Notes: generated from the letters alone by a model not told the origin. A stretch of 64,000 nt of DNA from Gloeobacterales cyanobacterium (GCA_038245785.1 JBBRSB010000003.1:64001-128000), one strand, 5' to 3'; positions 39,874 through 49,680 are shown, counted from the first letter of the stretch. Numbers and translations: made by a program.

Positions 39874-41355
39874 ATGCAGGGCGCTCTTCGTTTCAAGGAA
39901 TTATCCCTGTTGAAATCTCCTCTTGCTGGATTATACTTTACGCTAGCGACCCTCGCTTGCCTTCATGCCACCCCACTACACGCTGCGATCCTGGTCGATG
40001 GGGCCCAAGTCCTGCGCTCCCGTCCTCTTACCATCGGTGGGGTTGGCATCAATGCCCACAGTCCTGACTTTGCCACTAACAGCAACGATATCAATTATCA
40101 GGGCGATCTCAAGGCCGCAGGCATTAAACTGGTCCGTTCGTTAAGCTATCCAGACAAGCGTAAGCCTGAACATGACTTGAGCTATTTCGACCGCAATGCC
40201 AAGGCAATCATCGCAGCAGGCGCTATTCCTCTATCTATTCAGTACATCAAGCCCGGCCTGCCCTACCTGACAGAGGATGGTTCGCCTGGAGGCACCGTCG
40301 AGTCGAATCTGGTTTTCCTAGTCAAGCACTACATGGAGCCGCCCTTCAATCTGAAGACTCAGTACTGGGAGATCGGCAATGAGCCAAATCTGGGAATCGA
40401 TTACAAAGTCTCAAATCCCCAAGAGTACTCCGATATTTTTAACCGCTGTCACGATGCCCTAGTCAAAGCAAAGGTACGCGAGAACGTAGTACTGGCTGGT
40501 CCGGTGGTGGCCTATCCCTATCGTTGGCCCCGAGCCGATAGCGATGGCACTCAGATTATGGACTACTTCCTCAGCCACAATAGCCGCAGCGTAGACGTTG
40601 TGACCTACCATAGCTATTCCGGGGGCCTGACAACGAACGCGCTACTGAATGTCCCGCACAAACTGGACAATTTAGAAAACAGTGCCCGACCTCTTACCAG
40701 CACGACCAACTATGGGATGGCAGCACTGCTAGCTCGTATGCAGCAGGAAAAGTTTGGTCGACCCCATGTTGGTGTCGGGGTTACGGAGCACAACGCCACT
40801 TCATTTCAGCACGAAATCAGCTCGGGTCTTTGGAACCTCGCGTTGATCCACTACTATCTCTACAATCCTTTGGGCCAGATAACTACAGCCTTCGTCTTCG
40901 ATGATTACGGTCGGCAACAGGGTGGGTTCGGTTTCTATGATACTAACAAGCAGAAGGACTACAACTATTGGGCCTTGTGGATAGCAAACCAACTGCATGG
41001 TTCCCAAGTACTCGCGCAGACGACTACAGACAACCTAAATATCAGTGGGCAGCCAAATCTACTGGTCACCGCAACTAAGGACAGCGACAAACTGTACCTC
41101 GAAGTGATTAATCGCAGCGACAAGCCAATTCAGGATCATGTGGAGATCAGGGATGCCAGTCTCGCTGGTCCTGCAACCCTATTCACAATGCGTGACGGCG
41201 TACAGCCCAACACCGGGCAGCCAACCAATCTGCGTGAACGTTTTGACTACCAGTTTCTCCCTCTTTCAGCGGTAGTCTTCAAGTATCCTCTCGCCATGCC
41301 GATTCCAAAGCAACGGGCGAAACCAGCCAAGGACCTCCGACTGAAACGCAGGTAA
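39874..41355 (+). CDS. Secreted clan GH-A glycoside hydrolase (GH39/GH51-like)
   Basis: Signal peptide, YWEIGNEP acid/base motif, DVVTYHSY, VTEHN nucleophile-like motif, C-terminal beta-sandwich. Confidence 0.72.
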   Translation: MQGALRFKELSLLKSPLAGLYFTLATLACLHATPLHAAILVDGAQVLRSRPLTIGGVGINAHSPDFATNSNDINYQGDLKAAGIKLVRSLSYPDKRKPEHDLSYFDRNAKAIIAAGAIPLSIQYIKPGLPYLTEDGSPGGTVESNLVFLVKHYMEPPFNLKTQYWEIGNEPNLGIDYKVSNPQEYSDIFNRCHDALVKAKVRENVVLAGPVVAYPYRWPRADSDGTQIMDYFLSHNSRSVDVVTYHSYSGGLTTNALLNVPHKLDNLENSARPLTSTTNYGMAALLARMQQEKFGRPHVGVGVTEHNATSFQHEISSGLWNLALIHYYLYNPLGQITTAFVFDDYGRQQGGFGFYDTNKQKDYNYWALWIANQLHGSQVLAQTTTDNLNISGQPNLLVTATKDSDKLYLEVINRSDKPIQDHVEIRDASLAGPATLFTMRDGVQPNTGQPTNLRERFDYQFLPLSAVVFKYPLAMPIPKQRAKPAKDLRLKRR

Positions 41356-41591
41356 TCCTGAGCTTCCCCTCAGCTGATCGGAATGTCCCGAGGAGGATCT
41401 CTCCACTCGTTCGAGTCGGGAGCGAAAGGTAGGTTATTCCCCAAGACTGAAACCGACATCTTTGGTCCGCATGTACCAAAGTTTCTACAGGTCTGTCATC
41501 TATGTTGCTGTAGGCTTGCTGCCTCATGTCGAGCAGTCTTGCTTTGTTGTAAATGGGTTCACTAGGCCTCTTTATTTAGGAAACGCAAAAG

Positions 41592-42734
41592 TTGCAAAAC
41601 CCCACAAAACCGCGCCAGTTTTTTAGTGCATTTGAATCGCTCAGAGGCATTGCAGCCCTTATCGTCGCTATGTACCACATCTCATGGATAAATCCGACCT
41701 ATACGTGGGGATTCATCCGACATGGGTATCTGATGGTAGATTTTTTCTTTGTACTGTCTGGTTTTGTGATTTGCCTGAATTACAGTAATACTCTGCAGAG
41801 TCTTTCAGACCTCAAGCGGTTCATCTGGCTGCGCGCCGGGAGACTTTATCCACTACACTTCGTCACTCTTCTTTTTGCATTAGGGATTGAAACTTTAACT
41901 TTTATTGCTGAAAAGACAATGTCTTTATCATCTCCCCAACCAGCATTTTCAGTTAATAATTTTGCAGCATTTCTTGGAAACTTAACCTTGACTCAGTCCT
42001 TGGGATTTTTCAATAAATACACATTCAATGAAACAAGTTGGAGTATCTCTACAGAATTTTACACATATTTAGTTTTCTCGCTCTTACTTCTACTGAATAG
42101 AAAACTATTTGTGCTTTCTTCTTTTTTGATGGTAGTAGCCACTGCACTATTTCTCTTCTCTATAAACCCGACTTCGATTAAACATGAATATGATTTTGGA
42201 TTTATAAGGTGTATATTTGGATTCTTCGTCGGAGTTGTCTGCTGCCTTGTTTATTCGAAATTTCCGACACTCTTGAAAAACAAATCTTTACTATATATAC
42301 TAATCGGATCAAGCTTAGGAGGCATCCTCACAACGGTAAGTATGGGAAACAATGACTATCTTTTTGTTGGTTTTTGCTTTCTTTTAGTTTTTTCAATTTC
42401 GGTAGGCACAAACACCAATCTGAAATTTCAATTTTTGGAACATCGTTATCTGCTCTTTCTAGGTAAGATTTCTTATTCGGTTTACATGTTAAGCTTCACA
42501 TTTCAGTGGTTTTTCAAAGCATTTTTGATCTTTGCACTTAAAGTGCCGAAGACAGTAAATCCATCAGGCGGTAGATGGATAGTGCAAACTGATTCTGTTA
42601 CAGGTACTGCCGCAACCATCATCTACTTAGTTTTGCTATTGCTTGCTGCCAAATTCTTGTTTGAATTGGTAGAAGATCCTTTCCGCAAGAAGTCAAAAGA
42701 GTTGGCAAACAAGTGGCTTCCTAAAGAAGCATAG
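41592..42734 (+). CDS. Acyltransferase-3 family (OafA-like O-acetyltransferase)
   Basis: ESLRGIAA...H, VDFFFVLSGF, R..RLYP, WSIS.EFY.Y, LGKISYS.Y, VEDP.R. Confidence 0.9.
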   Translation: MQNPTKPRQFFSAFESLRGIAALIVAMYHISWINPTYTWGFIRHGYLMVDFFFVLSGFVICLNYSNTLQSLSDLKRFIWLRAGRLYPLHFVTLLFALGIETLTFIAEKTMSLSSPQPAFSVNNFAAFLGNLTLTQSLGFFNKYTFNETSWSISTEFYTYLVFSLLLLLNRKLFVLSSFLMVVATALFLFSINPTSIKHEYDFGFIRCIFGFFVGVVCCLVYSKFPTLLKNKSLLYILIGSSLGGILTTVSMGNNDYLFVGFCFLLVFSISVGTNTNLKFQFLEHRYLLFLGKISYSVYMLSFTFQWFFKAFLIFALKVPKTVNPSGGRWIVQTDSVTGTAATIIYLVLLLLAAKFLFELVEDPFRKKSKELANKWLPKEA

Positions 42735-42908
42735 CCTGTATTAGAGTCAGGACTTTACAATTGGATACGAACAATTTGCTGCTCTCGATCAGTGATGTGT
42801 GAATAACATTGGGACTTTGAGTCGGCGAGTCGGCATCCATGGGCTGAGGCGAAACTTGGACATTCTGAAAGCACTTCAGCCCATGGACACTTGTGTTTGT
42901 TCTTCTAG

Positions 42909-43010
42909 ATTCAGCGTGGATTGAGTGTGAGCAGAGCAGCACTGGCAGCAGGAAGCGTCGTGACCAAGGACGTGCCTCCGCGCTCGCTTGTAGGAGCAAC
43001 TCAGCGGAGG
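42909..43010 (+). pseudogene. Remnant of a hexapeptide-repeat (LbH) O-acetyltransferase C-terminus
   Basis: IQRGLSVSRAALAAGSVVTKDVPPRSLVGA resembles the I.PGV.IG.GAVVAAGSVVTKDVP...G signature; preceded by an in-frame stop. Confidence 0.6.
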
Positions 43011-43183
43011 TGCTCAGAAGCGATATCGAGGTTGGTCCGTATGGTCGGTTTGCAGAAGATAGTTTGTCAGTATGTTACAAAAAAGGACTGGATAGGAATA
43101 ATGTGGATGCTCTTCTGTACATTTATGGGTCACATGTCTTGAGAAAACAAAGGGATGCTAGAGAGGACAGAACATATACCCAG

Positions 43184-43999
43184 ATGCAGTTGCTTGATCT
43201 GAGCCATTTTGTGGACAAGGGGCACCAGCTTAAAGCAGCTTACGCCGCCGCCGAACCTTTTCCCCATCTTGTCATTGATGATTTTCTGCCACCTGAGGTG
43301 CTGGATGGGATCCTTGAGGAGTTCCCCAATCCTGAGGAGATCGACTGGATCACTTACGACACTAGCGAAGAGAAAACACTACGCTCGAAGTCAGAACTTC
43401 AGATTAGTGAGGCGACCAGACTGCTTCTTTACCAGTTGAATTCCTCCACTTTTTTGAATTTTCTAGAGGAACTCACGGGGATCGAAGGATTAGTCCCAGA
43501 TCCTCACTTCCTAGGGAGTGGTCTGCACCAGACTCTACCAGATGGCTATATGAAGATCCATGTGGATTTCAATCATCACAAACGATTGCCCCTGGAACAT
43601 CGCCTCAATCTGCTGATCTACCTCAATAAGGACTGGCGCGAGGAATACGGCGGGCACCTCGAACTTTGGAATCGGGACATGTCTCAGTGTGTGCGACGTA
43701 TCCTACCTATCTTCAATCGCTGTTTGATCTTCACCTCGACCGAGACCTCCTACCATGGGCATCCTGATCCGCTTACCTGCCCGAAAGACCGTAGCCGCCG
43801 CTCGCTGGCGACGTACTACTACACAATTCCCTCTTCCGGCCTTAGTAGCAACCTTCATAGAACGCTTTGGAAATCTCGACCTGGGGAATCGATACGCTCC
43901 GATGGAACCCGCCGAATCATGAAACGCCTGACGCCACCTATCCTCATTGATGTTTGGCATGCCTTTAAGCGATTTCAGGAGAGGACTCCACAGAAATAG
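43184..43999 (+). CDS. 2OG-Fe(II) oxygenase
   Basis: AEPFPHLVIDDFL, H-x-D (IHVDF), RLNLLIYLN..W..EYGG.LELW, SYHG, R.S.A.YYY; likely start at ATG 43184. Confidence 0.88.
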   Translation: MQLLDLSHFVDKGHQLKAAYAAAEPFPHLVIDDFLPPEVLDGILEEFPNPEEIDWITYDTSEEKTLRSKSELQISEATRLLLYQLNSSTFLNFLEELTGIEGLVPDPHFLGSGLHQTLPDGYMKIHVDFNHHKRLPLEHRLNLLIYLNKDWREEYGGHLELWNRDMSQCVRRILPIFNRCLIFTSTETSYHGHPDPLTCPKDRSRRSLATYYYTIPSSGLSSNLHRTLWKSRPGESIRSDGTRRIMKRLTPPILIDVWHAFKRFQERTPQK

Positions 44000-44393
44000 T
44001 ACGGTTCTCTGGCGGAAACTATCGTTTCGTGTTGCTAAAACAGTAGCCTAATAGGTAAACTTCTTCAGTTTTTAGTGCTATCTAACTAGCTAAAGACTTC
44101 CTGTTAAAGGCATTTTTTAGTCTGAACAAAAGTTATAAGATAAGGCTTTTGAGCTAGATTGCCCCTGGTGACAGGCAACTACCATATCTTCGCTAGCTCT
44201 ATGCCGATTTGGCTGACATAGTTCTCAGAATTTACAAGGACTGCTTGGTGCACTTTCTAGTGCGCATTTGGAAGCGTTGAACAACACAGATTCACCGTCC
44301 TTATAGATAGCAATGACATAGCAATGACTGTTAACTGACAATCCATCGCTATCTATTCCTACTACTGTTTAGACACACCAGGAGAAATCACAC

Positions 44394-44954
44394 ATGTCTT
44401 CTAGAAAAGTTCTTCTTGCTCTAGTTTTGTCCGTAGGTACACTTCTACCCCTGCCTGTACTAGCCCAGACCAAGGATCCCAACCATGCCCAGCGCCTACA
44501 GCAAGCTCAGCAGGACCGCTTAAAAAATGCCCAAGACCCAAATCACGCCCAGCGCGTGCAGCAAGCTAAACAAGATCGGTTAGGCAAAGCCGAGCAAGAC
44601 CGCTTACAAAATGCCAAAGACCCCAACCACGCCCAGCGTCTACAACAAGCAGAACAAGACCGCTTGCAAAATGCTAAAGACCCTAACCATGCCCAGCGCG
44701 TGCAGCAAGCAGAACAAGATCGCTTGCAAAATGCTAAAGACCCCAATCACGCCCAGCGCGTGCAGCAAGCTGAACAAGATCGGTTAGCCAAAGCTAAGCA
44801 AGACCGCTTGCAAAATGCCCAAGATCCTAACCATGCCCAGCGCGTGCTGCAAGCTCAGCAAGACCGATTGAAAAATGCTCAAGATCCCAACCATGCTCAG
44901 CGTCTTCAGCAAGCTGAACAAGATCGGTTAAAACATGCCCAAACGGGACATTAA
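44394..44954 (+). CDS. Secreted protein of seven ~20-aa DPNHAQR(L/V)QQA.QDRL.NA. repeats
   Basis: AGGAG RBS, Sec-type signal peptide ending VLA-Q, 60-bp repeat units varying mostly at synonymous positions. Confidence 0.85.
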   Translation: MSSRKVLLALVLSVGTLLPLPVLAQTKDPNHAQRLQQAQQDRLKNAQDPNHAQRVQQAKQDRLGKAEQDRLQNAKDPNHAQRLQQAEQDRLQNAKDPNHAQRVQQAEQDRLQNAKDPNHAQRVQQAEQDRLAKAKQDRLQNAQDPNHAQRVLQAQQDRLKNAQDPNHAQRLQQAEQDRLKHAQTGH

Positions 44955-44969
44955 GCCTGTCTGCTCCCT

Positions 44970-45012
44970 GTAGCGGTTGGGCTTCCCTCGCCGGAGCAAA
45001 TACAACCGCTAC
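44970..45012 (+). other. Conserved 3' stem-loop after the repeat-protein gene
   Basis: GTAGCGGTTG...CAACCGCTAC; the paralogous copy near 38300-38341 has AGCGATTG...CAGTCGCT (compensatory change). Confidence 0.65.
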
Positions 45013-45071
45013 TGGAGCTAGGGCATGAGTAAAAAATCAACAGAGGTTACTCTACTGGGCCTCAAATCAGA

Positions 45072-46685
45072 TCAGAGGGGATTGAGTGTGAGCATGGCAG
45101 CATTAGCAGGAGGAAGCTCCAAGCTATAGCTGCCATTTTGAGGCATTATCTTTTCGTTGGTGTAGGTACCCAATGGGAGTCCATCCACGGTGCCATCGAA
45201 TGTCTGTCCAGCCAGGGTGACCCCGCTAGTAGCATTGACCGATGGAGCACGAAGGCGCGTTAAAACTCCAGCGGTGCGGGGGCTGGAGAGTTGAATACGA
45301 GCCTTGCCTCCTAGAGCTGTGTCCTTATTTAAGAGAACTACTCGGACCACGCGCTGGGCATCCAGGGTGGCCCATACTTTGATATTCCCCTGGGTAGTTG
45401 TGTTTACGGGCAGTAGACGGGCACTGTTAGCAGTAGCTTGGTTGAATAGGAGAATCCCGTAGTATAGGGGGTTAACTGTTGGAGTGAAGACTGTCTCCCA
45501 GCTATCGCCCGTGCCACTTCGAACGGGACGGGGCGAGAAACGGAACGGCGTATAGTACGCCCCAGTCCCAGAGTGAAAATTCACCCCCCCTACGCCAATC
45601 TGAGCCAAATTAAACATCACATCCGTAGCCCAAAGCGCACTAGCGAAAGAATTACTGACACCATCCTTGCCGCCACAGGCAACTGAGTTGATCTCTGTGA
45701 TGCGTAGAGGCTTTCCATAGCTGCTGGCCTGGGTTGCAAAGGGAGCCACTGCTTGCGCTAAGTCTTGTGCGCTTTTGTCCGCAAGCAAGTTAGCAATAGT
45801 AGGATATGTAGCTGAGCCGGGAGTGGACCAACTACAGGCAGACAGCGGATAGCGATGATAGGTGACAGTCTTGAGCCGAGGAGCCTGGGCTGCCAGAAAA
45901 GAAGGAAGGTATTGCATCCATCCATAAGCCGAGGTTGTGAAGACTGGTCCTCCCAGCGGGACTGGATGAGAGAGTCCTTGAAGGGTGGTGGCGAAGGTGT
46001 CAAACTCCTCCAAGTATTTGGCAAAAGAATAGCCTGCAGGACGGACAAATACAGTCTGACCTGTCAACGGAGATGAGTAATAAGCGTGAGAAGCAAAGAT
46101 ATCAGGCTCATTACCCACTTCAAATGAGTAGATTTTTCCGCTGGGTAGTGCAGCTAGAGCGGCCTGGGCAAACTCTTTGGCGAGGGCAGGATTATTCTGC
46201 CCCAGGTTTAGGCCCAACATCAGACGGCTGCCGTTGGGTGTACTGCCCACAAGGTTTTCTAGGGTGTCATTAGTAATGTCATTCTTAACCCCAACAGGAC
46301 GGGAGCGAAGGGTGGGGTTCCACCATGACTCATCTGTACTGTTGCCGCCAAGGCGCACCATCGGCCAGCCATTTTGGTATGCCCCAAGATTATTGAGCAG
46401 TTGGGTAAAGATAGGGTTGAACCCTGGGCTGCTAAGAACTTGGTTGAAGGTAGAACCCGTTGCCCGCTGACCTGTAAAGTTCTTCAAGTCAGGATATTCA
46501 AGAGAAAAGCCGCTGAATTCACGGGGAATCGACAGAGAAGGATGTTCCGTGTCAATACTCGCCGCTACTACCTCATCAGCACTGAGGGGCAGGGGGGTTT
46601 GAGCCTGCGCTCTATTGCTCCAAAAGCCCATAACGGCTAGCGCCAAGACGATACTTTGTCCCCACTGTTTTGAACGCTTCATCAT
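45072..46685 (-). CDS. Secreted glycoside hydrolase family 79 (beta-glucuronidase/heparanase-like)
   Basis: Signal peptide, F.GFSLE, RLGGNS.D, FEVGNEPD, LRITEINS, FASALW, GVNFH, P.YYG; GH79 C-terminal domain. Confidence 0.85.
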   Translation of the reverse strand: MMKRSKQWGQSIVLALAVMGFWSNRAQAQTPLPLSADEVVAASIDTEHPSLSIPREFSGFSLEYPDLKNFTGQRATGSTFNQVLSSPGFNPIFTQLLNNLGAYQNGWPMVRLGGNSTDESWWNPTLRSRPVGVKNDITNDTLENLVGSTPNGSRLMLGLNLGQNNPALAKEFAQAALAALPSGKIYSFEVGNEPDIFASHAYYSSPLTGQTVFVRPAGYSFAKYLEEFDTFATTLQGLSHPVPLGGPVFTTSAYGWMQYLPSFLAAQAPRLKTVTYHRYPLSACSWSTPGSATYPTIANLLADKSAQDLAQAVAPFATQASSYGKPLRITEINSVACGGKDGVSNSFASALWATDVMFNLAQIGVGGVNFHSGTGAYYTPFRFSPRPVRSGTGDSWETVFTPTVNPLYYGILLFNQATANSARLLPVNTTTQGNIKVWATLDAQRVVRVVLLNKDTALGGKARIQLSSPRTAGVLTRLRAPSVNATSGVTLAGQTFDGTVDGLPLGTYTNEKIMPQNGSYSLELPPANAAMLTLNPL

Positions 46686-46690
46686 GTCAA

Positions 46691-46729
46691 TGCCCTGTAC
46701 CCTTGTGGGTATAGGGCACCCTTTTTTTT
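46691..46729 (+). terminator. Hairpin plus T-tract (plus-strand intrinsic-terminator-like) overlapping the GH79 ribosome-binding region
   Basis: TGCCCTGTACCC-TTGT-GGGTATAGGGCA followed by CCCTTTTTTTT. Confidence 0.55.
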
Positions 46730-46993
46730 GCTAGCCTTTGTAAAGCTCTAATCAAGTTTGTATGAGGAAAATTAAGTTTTATAGTTGAATCTAAAAAATA
46801 ATTTTAGGTTCATGACGGTATGTTACAGGGGATAGCTACATGCCTTGTGTGCGTGATTTGGTACTCATGTATTTGCTATTTATACTAAGTAAATGTAGCC
46901 AGGGATACATACGTGGCTGCCCGCCTTCGATACGATAAATTGAGTTCTTCAGTATAATTACGTATAAGCTTGGCACAAAGCATCTATTGAGAA

Positions 46994-47024
46994 AGTATTT
47001 TCCGTATCTTTCACGGAAAATACT
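46994..47024. promoter_or_regulatory. Inverted repeat with 12-bp arms in a divergent promoter region
   Basis: AGTATTTTCCGT-ATCTTTC-ACGGAAAATACT. Confidence 0.5.
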
Positions 47025-47085
47025 CAGTGCTTTAACTGAGTTTGCATGGAAACAACAACTTCATAGCTGTAAAGCTTTTCAAGAA

Positions 47086-47187
47086 GGAGGAGCGGGCTTC
47101 GTAGGTTTTTTAATCTCGGTCTCTCTTCCACTAGCCTTTTGTCTGCTTGCAGAAGAATAAAGGCGATTGTACGGAGATGGTGTGTCC
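47086..47187 (+). promoter_or_regulatory. Conserved structured leader (copy B) upstream of the third polysaccharide operon
   Basis: GGAGGAGCGGGC..GGTTTTTTAATC..GTCTCTCTTCC, GCCTTT..AAAGGC, GGAGATGGTGTGTCCAAA. Confidence 0.78.
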
Positions 47188-47460
47188 AAATTCAGACCTG
47201 AAGGCGCTTATTGCAAGAAAAGTAGATTCTAAGGAGTACAGGGAGAAACAAGAAACATCCTTTGTCTTCACTATTAATAAGCTTACCCTGACCCCATTCT
47301 CCACTAACATCTACGACCAGACAGAAGACCAATAGACACTTCTCTTGTAGTGTGCGGCCTGTACTCATGCACTCCTAACCAAAGTCAGTACCGAGCTCTA
47401 GTAGTTTTTCTCAGAGCTTTAAGGGAAACAGCTTGTGACTTCGCATAAAGCCAAAAATAG

Positions 47461-47781
47461 ATGAAAATATCTATCGCCCTAGCAGCCTATAACGGGGAAG
47501 CCTACATTTGGGACCAACTGAAATCCCTAGCAAATCAGACCTATCTTCCGCAAGAGTTAATTGTCTGTGACGAGGGCTCGGTAGACCGAACGCTGTACTG
47601 GGTGGAAAAGTTTGCCGAAATAGCACCCTTTCCTGTTTATATCTACCGTAACGAAAGACCCTTGGGATTGGCAGACAACTTTTTAAGGGCAGCCAGCTTA
47701 TGTGAGGGTGATCTGATTGCCTTTTGTAACCAAGATGAAATTGCCCTGGATTGGTCTATGCGATCAGGGCGGGAACAATGA
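47461..47781 (+). pseudogene. Truncated glycosyltransferase family 2 (N-terminal part only)
   Basis: ISIALAAYNGE..I..QL.S...QT start, but degenerate DEGS and NQD motifs and a stop after 106 aa. Confidence 0.65.
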
Positions 47782-47930
47782 TAGAACCTGCACACTGTCC
47801 TCCGCAATCCCCTACAACTTGACAGCATAAATTTGATTATGAGCGATGCTTTAAAACTCTTAAATAAACTGTTGGCATGCAACATTGAGTCAAGAGCAAA
47901 GTAGGCAGCCTTGCATAGAGGATTCGGTGA

Positions 47931-48653
47931 ATGATTAAGAGAGTAATTCGAAGCTTTATCAGGAGCCTGGGTTTTGAGCTTTCCAGAGCGAATCTAATTA
48001 CGTCAGAAGTGCTGCAGACAAAACGCTTACTGGACCATCATGAGATTGATTTAGTATTCGATGTCGGGGCAAACTGCGGTCAGTACGCTAGCTTTCTTCG
48101 TGAATGTGGGTACTCTGGAAAAATTATTTCATTCGAGCCCCTTTCTAGTGTTTATACTCAGTTGCTTAATCTAAGTAAGAAAGATCCTCTATGGAATGTT
48201 GCTCCCCGCGTTGCTATTGGAGACCGCAATGATGAAATCACCATTAATATTGCAGGTAACAATAGCCAAAGTAGTTCTGCTTTGAAAATGTTAGAGGCAC
48301 ACTTGAAAGCCGCTCCTGAGTCAGCTTATTGTGGTTCAGAGAGAGTGAAACTCAACCGATTAGATGACATTGCCCAGAAATATATTGAGAAGGATAGTAA
48401 GGTTTTTCTAAAGATAGATGTACAAGGTCTTGAAAAACAAGTTATAGAGGGGACCAAGGGAATCTTGCCGATGATTCAGGGGATTCAAGTTGAATTGTCT
48501 TTAGTTCCTCTTTATCAGGACCAGTTACTTTTCCAGGATACAATAAATCTAATGGATAAGCTGGACTACGAATTGCATTCTGTAGTTCCTAACTTTATTG
48601 ATAATGCAACAGGCCGAGTCCTTCAAATGGATGGAATTTTCTTTAGAAGATGA
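47931..48653 (+). CDS. FkbM-family methyltransferase
   Basis: VFDVGANCGQY, ISFEP, LKIDVQGLE..V..G, LQMDGIF. Confidence 0.92.
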   Translation: MIKRVIRSFIRSLGFELSRANLITSEVLQTKRLLDHHEIDLVFDVGANCGQYASFLRECGYSGKIISFEPLSSVYTQLLNLSKKDPLWNVAPRVAIGDRNDEITINIAGNNSQSSSALKMLEAHLKAAPESAYCGSERVKLNRLDDIAQKYIEKDSKVFLKIDVQGLEKQVIEGTKGILPMIQGIQVELSLVPLYQDQLLFQDTINLMDKLDYELHSVVPNFIDNATGRVLQMDGIFFRR

Positions 48654-48734
48654 ATAGGTACATACTTAACAAAGCCCACTGGTTATTTGAGATTCCCCTG
48701 TCAGAAAAGTAACTTTGAACTGTAAGCAGCTTTG

Positions 48735-48795
48735 CCTCCTACCCTCCAGGAAGGCTGCACCAATATCAACGGGGGCGTAGGCGGAACTCTTATTC
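48735..48795 (-). repeat. Degenerate internal fragment of the dispersed repeat
   Basis: CCTCCTACCCTCCAGGAAGGCTGCACC..GGGG resembles CCCCCACCCTCCGGGAAGGCTACGCC..GGGG of copy 2. Confidence 0.5.
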
Positions 48796-48873
48796 GAGTC
48801 ACAATTAAGTTCAGTCTTTTTGCAAAAGATCTAATACAAAGAATAATTTTTTATAGATTCTCAGGAGTTCTAC

Positions 48874-49680
48874 TTGACAGGAAAAATTAAAGAAGGAGGA
48901 ACTCGAAAATGGGATCTATATCAACCATCTTCTTCTCAACTTCCCTTAATCTCAATCATTATCGTAACCTACCAAGCAGCGAAGAGCTTACCCCAAACGC
49001 TGGATAGCGTTATAGCGCAGAACTATCCCTTGATTGAACTGATAATTATTGATGGGGCTTCTAAAGATGAGACCTTGAATGTTATCAAACAATATGAAGA
49101 TCGAATTGATTACTGGTGCAGTGAGTCAGATGAGGGGGTCTATCATGCCTTTAATAAAGGAATAAAGACTGCTAAAGGAGAATGGCTATACTTCTTAGGA
49201 GCTGGAGATGAGTTGGCTGGAATTAATAATTTAGCTCAAATATTTCCAGTTAACCATTTAACTCGATTGATATATGGCAATGTTGCACGAGGGAAAAGAA
49301 TATATGATGGCCCATTTACCCGTGCTAAACTTTGCCATCGAAATATCTGCCAACAAGCTATTTTTTATCATCGTGACTTGTTTGCAGAATTAGGACTTTT
49401 TGATACTCAATACCCTTGGTTGGCTGATTGGGCTTTTAATATCTATTGCTTTAGTCATCCTGAGACAAAACCACATTTTATTGATTTGATTGTCGCTAAC
49501 TATCCAAGCGGAGGAGTCAGTGATACAAGGTATGACTATAGTTTCTATCAAGATTTAGCACAATTGGTTAAAAGTTATGGCATTCAGTATTCTCTATTCA
49601 CCTGGATTTATTGGTGGTTGAAATCTTGGTTTGTCTCTAATAAGCTTCTCGCAAAATCTATGAGAGGAGAATATGTTTAG
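48874..49680 (+). CDS. Glycosyltransferase family 2 (WcaE-like)
   Basis: IDGASKD, SESDEGVY.A.NKG, FLGAGD, ICQQAIFY. Confidence 0.9.
   Translation: MTGKIKEGGTRKWDLYQPSSSQLPLISIIIVTYQAAKSLPQTLDSVIAQNYPLIELIIIDGASKDETLNVIKQYEDRIDYWCSESDEGVYHAFNKGIKTAKGEWLYFLGAGDELAGINNLAQIFPVNHLTRLIYGNVARGKRIYDGPFTRAKLCHRNICQQAIFYHRDLFAELGLFDTQYPWLADWAFNIYCFSHPETKPHFIDLIVANYPSGGVSDTRYDYSFYQDLAQLVKSYGIQYSLFTWIYWWLKSWFVSNKLLAKSMRGEYV

Noticed and set aside
44465..44945. 60-bp tandem repeats considered as a CRISPR array
   Set aside because: No unique spacers; units are in frame with synonymous variation, so they are coding repeats, and no cas genes are present
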